Assembly (NCBI GenBank): GCA_963662585.1
Contig: OY759729.1
Coordinates: 2,848,001 to 2,912,000, forward strand
Source: Candidatus Cloacimonadales bacterium
GTDB lineage: Bacteria; Cloacimonadota; Cloacimonadia; Cloacimonadales; JAFGVF01
Direction of reading: 5' to 3'
Length of the DNA stretch: 64,000 nucleotides
A program made the translations under genes and the position numbers. Positions 1 to 8,677 of the stretch are shown piece after piece. A model generated the notes under the pieces. It had not been told where the DNA came from and searched no databases. It saw only the letters and a program-made list of their open reading frames with translations. How positions within the stretch are numbered: the stretch's first letter is position 1; each line of letters opens with the position of its first letter.

Positions 1-1000
1 GTGGACATCCTTGTCCGCTGTGAATTGATAAATAGCAGATGAATAGTCTATAAACTTTTAGTTTCCATCAGCAATCAAAGCGGGGAATTTGAAGATGTTG
101 TACCAGATTAAACTTCCATCTACACATCTTTTAGTCTGCCTTTTCAGATTTGCTCCAGAGGAGCAGTTTCTTGGTAGCCTTGAATTAGTTAAAGAAATCC
201 CATCGCTCCGTAGGTGCGAAGATATACAAATTATCATCATTAAAGCTTAAAATAAATAGGTTTTTTTTATCATAATCTTCATTGCCATAATATAAAAAGC
301 AATTCGCACCTACGGAGCGATTGTTTTTGGGGTGTGACCTTTGTGCTACCAAGAAATAGCTCCTCTGGAGCTAGAAATTGGCACTTCAGACTTCAGTACC
401 AAAACTAGCAGTTGAAAAGTGTGATAATCCCTCTTCTGTTGGATTGAGGACAGCTTGTCCGTTGTGAATTGATAAATAGCAGATGAATAGTCTATAAACT
501 TTTAGTTTCCTTCAGTAATCAAAGGGGAATTGAATAGGTTAAGACTTTTGTTTTCTTCATTATAATAGTAATAGCAATTTTAAATCCTGGAGGGATAACA
601 TATAATAGGGAGTGTTCGCAAGACACTCCTAAAGGTAACCATCAGAAAATAGCCCTAGAGGGGCGACAAATACTGAAAATTTAGCAAACACTTGAGAAGA
701 ATCCTTTAAATCCCTTAGGGATTTAAGAGGAAACACCCCCTGTGTCCCCCTCACGGAGGGGGATTTGTAGAGGCGTATTGCCATACGCCCATAAGAAAAA
801 CACCCCGTCTGCTTTGCAGACACCCCTCTTTTAGCGTGCTTTCAGCACTAAAGCGGGGAATTTAAGATTCACGGACTAAAGGTCCGTAACCCCAGTTAAT
901 GGAAACAGAGACGCTTCCATTCCATAGGAAACAGAGACTCTAAAGAGGGGAATTTAAGAAAGGCCATTAAGATTTAGCATTAAGTTTGAATTTAATCTTA
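1..1000. repeat. Mosaic island of short palindromic (REP-like) modules downstream of pyk
   Basis: No credible ORF. Hairpin modules at 1-18, 152-220/303-371, 431-461, 582-672, 731-766, 767-790, 796-862, 866-898 and 900-919; most recur at 3917-5150 and/or 27635-29280. Positions 1-~90 are directly repeated at 446-~531. Confidence 0.9.
152..371. mobile_element. REPIN/MITE-like element made of two inverted bipartite arms
   Basis: 202-220 ATCGCTCCGTAGGTGCGAA is the perfect reverse complement of 303-321. 152-178 GCTCCAGAGGAGCAGTTTCTTGGTAGC matches the reverse complement of 345-371 with 2 mismatches. The arms enclose an AT-rich ~82-bp core. Confidence 0.7.
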
Positions 1001-1015
1001 TTCTGTGATAAACTG

Positions 1016-2005
1016 CTAAATGTTAGCCTCAATAATCATCTTCATCCACTGAATAGCCTCAATAGGGTATTTACCTATAGCAGTTTCATCGGATAATGTT
1101 ACACCAGAAGCACCATCAAAAATAGCATTAGCAACATCAGATATCTCGGCTCTAGTGGGAATACTTTTGGTAACCATAGACTCCATCATCTGGGTCGCGA
1201 CAAAGAAAGGTTTCTTTAATTCCTGGCATTTTCTACTTATTTGCTTTTGGAGGGTTGGGATTAAAGGAATAGAAACTTCAATTCCTAAGTCACCTCTGGC
1301 AATATAGAGGTAATCAGATTTCTGGATAATGCTATCCATGTTAGCAAGTGATTTGGCTGTTTCGAATTTGCTCAGAATAAGAGCTTTATGGTTAATCTCC
1401 AGTGAAGTATAATAATCTTGGAACTCTTGAATATCTTCTTCCGAATTTACAAAAGAAAGGGCAAAGAAATCAGGTTTGAGTAGAGCTGTTTCTCGGATAA
1501 TCTCCTTATCATGGCTTGAGAGAAATTCTTGGTGAAGAGATTTGCCAGGGATAGAGAAGTGGCAATTAGGTCTAAGAATGTTATTATTATCAATAGTCAG
1601 GGTTAAGTAGTCTTGATTGATATCAGTAATAGAACCAGTAAAATCTCCATCTTGGAGGTAGAATCTATCGCCTGTTTGGATAATGCTTTTATTAATTGTT
1701 GAGGAAAAATAATAATCAACTTTTTTAGGCTCAAAATAGATATTCGTGGAAGAAGCTGCAGATAGGTTATGATTAGTTTTTAGGTTAGCTATTCTCACTT
1801 CAGGACCTGGGATATCAATCATTATTTTTACAGGAGATTTAATTGTTTCGGCTACTTTTCTAATTAATATAATAATTCGTCTAGCTGAGTCTATCTCTGT
1901 GTGAGACATATTAATTCTAAAAATAGTTGAACCAGATTCTAACATCTGTTGGATAAGTTCTTGAGTAATAGTATTGGTATTAAGAGTAGTAATTATTTCA
2001 GTCAT
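1016..2005 (-). CDS. pyk: Pyruvate kinase, short form lacking the C-terminal regulatory domain
   Basis: Motifs FRINMSH, GPEVR, ARGDLGIE, ATQMMESM, PTRAEISDVANAIFDG and ETAIGKYP; the protein ends just after the barrel (329 aa). Confidence 0.9.
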   Translation of the reverse strand: MTEIITTLNTNTITQELIQQMLESGSTIFRINMSHTEIDSARRIIILIRKVAETIKSPVKIMIDIPGPEVRIANLKTNHNLSAASSTNIYFEPKKVDYYFSSTINKSIIQTGDRFYLQDGDFTGSITDINQDYLTLTIDNNNILRPNCHFSIPGKSLHQEFLSSHDKEIIRETALLKPDFFALSFVNSEEDIQEFQDYYTSLEINHKALILSKFETAKSLANMDSIIQKSDYLYIARGDLGIEVSIPLIPTLQKQISRKCQELKKPFFVATQMMESMVTKSIPTRAEISDVANAIFDGASGVTLSDETAIGKYPIEAIQWMKMIIEANI

Positions 2006-2018
2006 CTTAGCTTATTCC

Positions 2019-2639
2019 TTAAAAGGATATTATGTTTTTTGGGTTGATTGTTGGTAGTTTTGTAATTAATTCAGCAGTCTTGCTATGAAGATCATCTAAA
2101 TCCCCATTATTCATAATTACAAAATCAGCTTTCTTCTCTTTAATAGTATTGGAAAGTTGACTTGTAATTTTTCGGATAGCTTCTTCTCTAGTTTGATTAT
2201 TGCGTTTCATTAATCTGAACAACTGCTTATCAGGAGAAGCAGAAACGGTAATGATGTAATCAAAGTGCTGTTCTAAGCTAGTTTCGAAAAGGAGTGGAAC
2301 TTCAAAAAAGAGATAATTACCACAAGTCACAGTAACTAATTCTCTCATTCGCTTGAAGATAAGAGGGTGAGAAATTGAGTTTAAGAAGGCTAAATTATCT
2401 TTATCTTTGAAGACAAGTTTGCTTAGTTTTTCTCGGTTTATAGTCTTGTTATCTATATCTAAAATATCCTTACCAAATTTATTAACTAAACTAGCTTTAA
2501 CTTCTTCTGAAAGAAGAACTTCATGTCCAATAATATCAGTTGAATAGACTTTATAACCTGTAGCTTGTAGTTCTTTCACAACTTCAGATTTTCCTGAGGC
2601 TATGCTTCCTGTAATTCCGATGATTAAAGGTCTATCCAT
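2019..2639 (-). CDS. coaE: Dephospho-CoA kinase
   Basis: IIGITGSIASGKS P-loop, INREKLSKLVF, HPLI, EVPLLFE, ADFVIMNNG. Confidence 0.95.
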   Translation of the reverse strand: MDRPLIIGITGSIASGKSEVVKELQATGYKVYSTDIIGHEVLLSEEVKASLVNKFGKDILDIDNKTINREKLSKLVFKDKDNLAFLNSISHPLIFKRMRELVTVTCGNYLFFEVPLLFETSLEQHFDYIITVSASPDKQLFRLMKRNNQTREEAIRKITSQLSNTIKEKKADFVIMNNGDLDDLHSKTAELITKLPTINPKNIISF

Positions 2640-2641
2640 AA

Positions 2642-3841
2642 TTAAATCTCGAAAGCACTTTCTTCAATTGAACTTAATACTTTAAGAAGTTGAGCATTAT
2701 CTTTAACATTATGAACTCTGATAATATCTATTTTTTTATTGAAGGCAAGGGCTGTAGTAGCCATTGTTCCGCCTTCTCGCTCTTGAGGAGTTGAAGGGGA
2801 TAGGGAATTAATAAAACTTTTACGGGAAGCTCCGAGGAGGATTTTACAACCTAGAATATGAAATTCATCAAGTCGTTTTAAGATTGCTAAGTTATGTTCT
2901 AAGGACTTTCCAAAGCCAATTCCTGGATCGATAATTATTCTATCTAGAGCAATACCATTTTTTTGACAGAAGGAGATTCGCTCCTCAAAGAAGTCTATAA
3001 GTTCATTAATTACACTATTATAAGTTGGGTTTTTCTGCATGGATTCTGGATTCCCTTGCATGTGCGTTAGGCATACTTGACTTTTGGGAAAGTCTTTCAA
3101 GACTTCAATCATCTGTGTATCGCCCTGTAAAGCTGTGATGTCATTGATTATATTGGCTCCAGCTTCTAAAGCTTGTCTGGCAACTTCAGCTTTGTAAGTA
3201 TCTACTGAAATAGTGACAGAGCTTGCTTCTCTAATTGCATTCACAACCGGAATAACTCTTACTAGTTCCTCTTCTAAGCAGACTCTTGGAGAGCCTGGAC
3301 GGGTTGATTCTCCTCCAATATCAATGATAGAAGCTCCCTCATTTATCATTTGGAGGGCATGAGAAAGAGCGTGCTTAATATCATAATGTTGATTACCATC
3401 AGAAAATGAATCAGGAGTAACATTTAAAATCCCCATAATAGTAGGGGAGAAGTTTCGACCTTTATCTTCTAAGGCCCAATATAGAAGTTGATTACGAAAT
3501 GAAGTTAGTTCTTCTCTAATCTCAGGAAGTCCCATGCTAGTGTAATGCCTCATTCTAGTGATTAAAGCTAAAATCTTGTTAGCACCACCCATAAATAGTA
3601 GGTTAGTACTTTTCTTTTCACCTTCTACAATCCCCTTACTCATGGCAATATCTGCTCCGATGATTAGGGCTTCTTGCTTGAGAATATTAGCTGCTCCTGT
3701 TTGGACATTATGGAGAAGTAGTGATCGCCCTACAGCTTTGGGAGCCATTACTTCTACTCCTTGAGAAGAGACTCCGATTTGCTGGAGTATCTCTCTTGCA
3801 TCTTGAATAGTGTTTATCGTTATAATTCTGTTTTTCATCAT
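2642..3841 (-). CDS. folP: Dihydropteroate synthase with ~130-aa N-terminal extension
   Basis: IMGILNVTPDSFSDG, IDIGGESTRPG, DPGIGFGK, GASRKSFI, IIRVHNV. Confidence 0.95.
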   Translation of the reverse strand: MMKNRIITINTIQDAREILQQIGVSSQGVEVMAPKAVGRSLLLHNVQTGAANILKQEALIIGADIAMSKGIVEGEKKSTNLLFMGGANKILALITRMRHYTSMGLPEIREELTSFRNQLLYWALEDKGRNFSPTIMGILNVTPDSFSDGNQHYDIKHALSHALQMINEGASIIDIGGESTRPGSPRVCLEEELVRVIPVVNAIREASSVTISVDTYKAEVARQALEAGANIINDITALQGDTQMIEVLKDFPKSQVCLTHMQGNPESMQKNPTYNSVINELIDFFEERISFCQKNGIALDRIIIDPGIGFGKSLEHNLAILKRLDEFHILGCKILLGASRKSFINSLSPSTPQEREGGTMATTALAFNKKIDIIRVHNVKDNAQLLKVLSSIEESAFEI

Positions 3842-3916
3842 ATCCTCTTTTGCACTAATTTTACCATGATTAAGATTAGCAACTAGGGAAAAATGTCAAA
3901 TGTTTTTTGAAAGTGG

Positions 3917-5150
3917 CCTCTTCAGTCGGACGGTGGACAGCTTGTCCGCCACTTTTTAGTGATTAACTGGGGTTACGGATTTTTAGTCAGTGAATCTTAA
4001 ACTCCCCTCTTTAGTGCTGAAGGCACGATAAAAGAGGGGTGGCTGCGAAGCAGACGGGGTGTTTTTAAATCCCCCTCTGTGAGGGGGACACAGGGGGTGT
4101 CTTCTTCTATGAAGTGGAAGCGTCTCTGCTTCCACATTAGACAATGGTATTTCTAGATTTTTGAGCAGTTTAGAGAATATTCATCTGCTATTTACCAATT
4201 CACAGCGGAGAGAATCTCCTTAAAACTCATCTTTACTCTGTGTTAAGGGACTTTTCAAGAAGGCGTATGGCAATATGCCCCTACATTCGCGATAATTCGT
4301 GAAATTAGTGGATATATTTTTTAACTTTTTTAGTGTATGTCGCCCCTGCAGGGCTTTCTTTTTGTCGTGACTTTAGGAGTGTCTAGCAAACACTCCCTAT
4401 TATATGGCATCTCGCTGGGATTTAAGAACTGGGGTTACGGACCTTTAGTCCGTGAATGTCAAACTCCCCTCTTTAGTGCTGAAGGCACGATAAAAGAGGG
4501 GTGGCTACGAAGCAGACGGGGTGTTTTTAAATCCCCCTCTGTGAGGGGGACACAGGGGGTGTTTTTCTTCTATGTGAAGTGGAAGCGTCTCTGCTTCCAC
4601 ATTAGACAATGGTATTTCTAGATTTTTGAGCAGTTTAGAGAATATTCATCTGCTACTTAGCAATTCACAGCGGAGAGAATCTCCTTAAAACTCATCTTTA
4701 CTCTGTGTTAAGGGACTTTTCAAGAAGGCCTATGGCAATACGCCCCTACATTCGCGATAATTCGTGAAATTAGTGGATATATTTTTTAACTTTTTTAGTG
4801 TATGTCGCCCCTGCAGGGCTTTCTTTTTGTCGTGACTTTAGGAGTGTCTTGCGAACACTCCCTATTATATGGCATCCCTTTGGGATTGAAGATATATCAT
4901 TGCCTTGCAATGATGCGGGCTGGAAGCCCACATTCCCAGTTAAGATGCTTTCACAATTCTCAATTCACAATATAATATAGCATCCCTTTGGGATTTAAGA
5001 ACTGGGGTTACGGACCTTTAGTCCGTGAATCCATCAGCCTGCTTTTATTTAATTCCCTTGGGATTGAAGATATATCATTGCCTTGCAATGATGCGGGCTG
5101 GAAGCCCACATTCCCAGTTAAGCTGCTTTCACACTTCTCAATTCTCAATT
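3917..5150. repeat. Mosaic REP-like island containing a ~462-bp tandem duplication and a ~90-bp sub-duplication
   Basis: AACTGGGGTTACGGA starts at 3965, 4427 and partially ~4999; 3965-4426 matches 4427-~4888, and 4875-4966 matches 5054-5144. Modules are mostly inverted relative to those at 1-1000. Confidence 0.92.
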
Positions 5151-5948
5151 CTGATTAATATCCACCAACTTATTCTGATATTGAAGTACATACACACCTG
5201 AACTCATGGCTTTAAGTTTACCCTCTTCATCAGCTTCTTGTAAAATCTCGATAACCCAGATAGCCAACTCGCTATTTCCCTCAAGGTTTTGGAGTGAACC
5301 TCTGATTTTGCCATCTCTAATCTCGAAGTAAACTTTGCACTTTTGGGAAACTTTCTTAGTTGGGTCAAATTCCTTACCAGCAAATAATGAGCGGATTAGA
5401 GAGTCGTCTCCTCCGTAATTAGTATCTTGGAAGAAATCATTCGTTCCTGTGAAAGATATGAAAATAGTATCTTGCTTGGTTTTACTAAACTTCTTAGTAT
5501 CTATTTTGATAGGATCATTATCTCCTAAAGATTCGTGAATATCATGCACATCATAATTAATAATGTGAGAGTTAGGTGATAATACATCTCTATTTTTCTG
5601 GGCATAGGTTGAGGCTGTGTGAGTTCTATCTTGGAATCTATCTTCATTTTTATCATCAAATAGATTAAATGTATAATCTTCATCAGCTTCAGATTCTATT
5701 TCGCCTTGAATAGTTGGCTTCATAAATTGATCAATAGGGATTGAAGAAGCTTCTTTTTTTTCAATCTGAGCTGTTTTTGTCTGTTTAATGGCTTCAACTT
5801 TTGCTTTAATAACTTCAACTTTCTCCATTTCAATAGCTAACTCTTTTACTTCTGGGGGAGTATAATCAGGGATTTCCATACTATAAAGAAATAGCAAGGC
5901 GTGAAGCAAAATTGAGATTAATATTGGGATTAAAAAGCTCTTTTTCAT
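5145..5948 (-). CDS. Putative TonB/TolA-like energy transducer (divergent)
   Basis: N-terminal TM helix with SxxxH (SILLHALL), charged linker, directly downstream of exbB-exbD; no clearly recognisable TonB_C domain. Confidence 0.55.
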   Translation of the reverse strand: MKKSFLIPILISILLHALLFLYSMEIPDYTPPEVKELAIEMEKVEVIKAKVEAIKQTKTAQIEKKEASSIPIDQFMKPTIQGEIESEADEDYTFNLFDDKNEDRFQDRTHTASTYAQKNRDVLSPNSHIINYDVHDIHESLGDNDPIKIDTKKFSKTKQDTIFISFTGTNDFFQDTNYGGDDSLIRSLFAGKEFDPTKKVSQKCKVYFEIRDGKIRGSLQNLEGNSELAIWVIEILQEADEEGKLKAMSSGVYVLQYQNKLVDINQN

Positions 5949-5950
5949 AA

Positions 5951-6364
5951 TTAATCAACATCATAACGAGTTGGGTAGGAGATTCTTTTAGCTCCTACTT
6001 CTGTTACCATATCATGGACAGGGACAATGTTCTTCCACTGTACCTCTTCATCTACCCAAATTTCAACTTTTGAATCAGGCTCGCGGATTAATCTTGTTCT
6101 CAGCTCATCAACAAAGTCTGCTTGGTTATATACCTTATCCTTGTTATCTAAGCAAACTTCATTATCTTTAGTAATAATCACCTTAATAATGTTTCCAGAA
6201 GGAAGCTTACTTGTGCTTATTGATTGAGGCAGATTCACACCAATAGAGTTAATATTCACAAAGTTGGAAGAGAGAAGGAGAAATATGATTAAAAGAAAGA
6301 CAACATCAGTCATAGAAATTAAGACTGTGGAAGTTATCTTTTTCTTTTTTACATCTATTTTCAT
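5951..6364 (-). CDS. exbD: Biopolymer transport protein ExbD/TolR
   Basis: SMTDVVFLLIIFLLL TM segment with the conserved Asp, followed by VNLP. Confidence 0.9.
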   Translation of the reverse strand: MKIDVKKKKITSTVLISMTDVVFLLIIFLLLSSNFVNINSIGVNLPQSISTSKLPSGNIIKVIITKDNEVCLDNKDKVYNQADFVDELRTRLIREPDSKVEIWVDEEVQWKNIVPVHDMVTEVGAKRISYPTRYDVD

Positions 6365-6367
6365 TAT

Positions 6368-6973
6368 CTACTTCCTGTTACTTTCTCTATGTTTAAGAAT
6401 CAAATGATGCCCAGTCTCTTCTATTTTACCAGCAATACTTTCGATTGAAGAAACAAAGTAATTATTGAATATTAGGGCAATAATACCTACAACTAATCCA
6501 CCAATAGTTGTTAACATAGCTTCCCAAATACCGTTTGCCAACATACTAATATCAACTCCACCTTTTGAAATACCTATATTCATGAATACTTTGACCATTC
6601 CTGAAGCAGTTCCTAAGAAACCAATTAAAGGTGCAATTGCTGATAAGGTAGATAAAACACCAATGTGTTTTTCTAAACTCTTAATCTCAACCTTAGCCTT
6701 ATTTTCCATCTCTTCGTTAGCATCTTCTTCACCATAAGGAAGGTACTCTACTCCTCTTTTCAAGGTATTTGCTAAAGGTGATTCGATTATTGAAGTTTCA
6801 ACAAATTCATTGATGTCGGCTAAATTAGTGAGAGAATCAAGCTCATTAGCAAACTCTTCGTCTAGCTTTCTAGCCTTGTAAATTACGATAAATCTTTCAA
6901 TTATGACAGCTATTGTTATTATAGACGCTAATAACAATACATACATCAACATTCCGCCTCTCGCTATAAACAT
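6368..6973 (-). CDS. exbB: MotA/TolQ/ExbB proton channel protein
   Basis: IAPLIGFLGTASGMVKVF and GIWEAMLTTIGGLVVGI motifs. Confidence 0.9.
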   Translation of the reverse strand: MFIARGGMLMYVLLLASIITIAVIIERFIVIYKARKLDEEFANELDSLTNLADINEFVETSIIESPLANTLKRGVEYLPYGEEDANEEMENKAKVEIKSLEKHIGVLSTLSAIAPLIGFLGTASGMVKVFMNIGISKGGVDISMLANGIWEAMLTTIGGLVVGIIALIFNNYFVSSIESIAGKIEETGHHLILKHRESNRK

Positions 6974-7140
6974 TCGAGCTCCTCCGAATTAAATTATATA
7001 TCTTTTTGTTTTTATTTTTCTTTAAATACATCCCTGCTAGGAGAGAATCAATATTTGCTCATCTTAAGAGACCACTTTACTTTCCCAGTTAGGAATCACA
7101 GTGCAATGAAGCCTGTAAGATGCAGGACTTCCCAGTAATC

Positions 7141-8223
7141 TTATATTTGCTTTAAATTACCATCAACATCTTGAGGTTTATTAAAAAATTCCTCTTCTAA
7201 TTTTTCCATTTCTGCTAAAGCTGAGTTCAACATTTGAACCCTTTCACTGTAAGTAACAAAAGCTGATTTAAAGCCGTTAATGATAATATTTTTAACATCC
7301 TTGTAGGTAAGATTTAATCTATCAATAACGAACATGAATTCATCAGTAACAGTAGTGTCTGAAACTGTTCTGTTATCTGTATTAAGAGTAACTCTTAAAC
7401 CGTAATCTAGGTAGAATCCAAAAGGGTGAACATCTAAAGATGGTACAGCCTTAGTATGATAATTACTTTTAAAACAAATTTCTAAAGGAATTCTGTGGTC
7501 ATTAACATAGTTAAGAAGATCTCCGTCTTCGATTAAGCGAGTACCATGTCCGATACGGTGAGTACCACAATAGTGTAAAGCTTGATGAATACTATCTGGT
7601 CCATAAGCTTCTCCAGCATGAATAGTGATGTTCAAATTATTGCTTAAAGCTAATCTAAAGGCTTCTTCATGGTCTTTGGCTGGATAATTGTACTCAGCAC
7701 CAGCTAAATCAAATCCGATCACACCCTTATTTTTATAGGCAACTGCTAATTCTGCTAGTCTTAAAGATGTTGCAGGATTTATGTTTCTGATACCACATAT
7801 AATTACCGCTGTTTTAATATTGTATTTTAACTCAGCTCTTTTTAAACCCCTGATAACAGCATCGTTTACTTCAGTTAATTTCAAGCCTTCATTGGTATGT
7901 AGAATAGGAGAGTAGCGGACTTCTATGTAACGGACATTCTCTTTTGCAGAATCCTCGGCTAATTCATAAGCTGCTCTCTCTAAACCCTCTTCGTTCTGTA
8001 AAACTAAGTTGGTAATGTGAAAGCCTTGAAGATATTCATCTAAACTCTTACATTCGTCTCCACAAGAGATCATGGTTAAAAGTTTCGCTTTATCCATTGT
8101 TGGTAATTTTATCTTATTTTTCTTAGCTAAATCTAATATTGTGTCTGGTCTGACTGATCCATCTAAATGAACATGAAGATCTGTCTTCGGTAGTTTTTCA
8201 ATAAATTCTCTATTTAACTTCAT
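7141..8223 (-). CDS. add: Adenosine deaminase
   Basis: LPKTDLHVHLDGS, GFDLAGAE, TIHAGEA, RIGHG, TLNTDN. Confidence 0.95.
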   Translation of the reverse strand: MKLNREFIEKLPKTDLHVHLDGSVRPDTILDLAKKNKIKLPTMDKAKLLTMISCGDECKSLDEYLQGFHITNLVLQNEEGLERAAYELAEDSAKENVRYIEVRYSPILHTNEGLKLTEVNDAVIRGLKRAELKYNIKTAVIICGIRNINPATSLRLAELAVAYKNKGVIGFDLAGAEYNYPAKDHEEAFRLALSNNLNITIHAGEAYGPDSIHQALHYCGTHRIGHGTRLIEDGDLLNYVNDHRIPLEICFKSNYHTKAVPSLDVHPFGFYLDYGLRVTLNTDNRTVSDTTVTDEFMFVIDRLNLTYKDVKNIIINGFKSAFVTYSERVQMLNSALAEMEKLEEEFFNKPQDVDGNLKQI

Positions 8224-8472
8224 TTTTCCTCCTAAAGTTATTTAATATGTTATTATAATTTGATACTATTAATCTGTCAAAGAAAAAATATGAATTAAAT
8301 CTAAAATACAAAATTTATTTTAAGAAATTAAAGATAAATACAATCCTACTAGAAAGCTTCTAGGGAGGGTCCTTATATAAGATGGAGAATGATTATTTGT
8401 TCCTAGAAACTCCTGATGAAGGGAATCATTAAGCTAATTTGAGAGGGAAAAGAAAAAAAATAAAAAAAACAC

Positions 8473-8500
8473 TTGACGGCTAAGCACTATAAAAGAAAAT
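8473..8500 (+). promoter_or_regulatory. Probable sigma70 promoter of the infC operon
   Basis: TTGACG at 8473-8478 after an A-tract; the -10 box is weak (GAAAAT at 8495-8500). Confidence 0.4.
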
Positions 8501-8514
8501 AACATAAATATAAA

Positions 8515-8641
8515 AGATGTGTAAGCATCTACCTAGCGATTCTGCCCTGTGGATATTGTGTAGGTCTAAGATTAAATAATACTTATGAAGTATAGATATT
8601 AATAATTGATAAGGGCGGATTTTCGGATCCGCCCTTTTTTT
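8515..8641 (+). promoter_or_regulatory. infC-rpmI-rplT 5' leader with attenuator (candidate L20 leader)
   Basis: Terminator AAGGGCGGAT-TTTCGG-ATCCGCCCTT plus T-run (8611-8641) upstream of infC; TCTGCCCT (8541-8548) can pair with AGGGCGGA as an antiterminator. Confidence 0.6.
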
Positions 8642-8677
8642 GTTAAACCGAAAACCTAAATAAAATGGAGGTTTCTT

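Noticed and set aside
58..4980. Short ORFs 58-240, 629-823, 4337-4621 and 4798-4980
   Set aside because: They lie entirely within repeat modules. The shared peptide (KSPSVRGTQGVF) simply reflects the DNA repeat, and there is no RBS or family motif.
7030..7140. Cobalamin riboswitch upstream of exbB (minus-strand GGGAA..GCACTGTGA..ACTGGGAA)
   Set aside because: The core spacing and the downstream conserved elements are missing. GCAATGAAGCCTG..CAGGACTTCCCAGT is better explained as a degenerate copy of the REP at ~4907-4940. An Rfam search would settle it.
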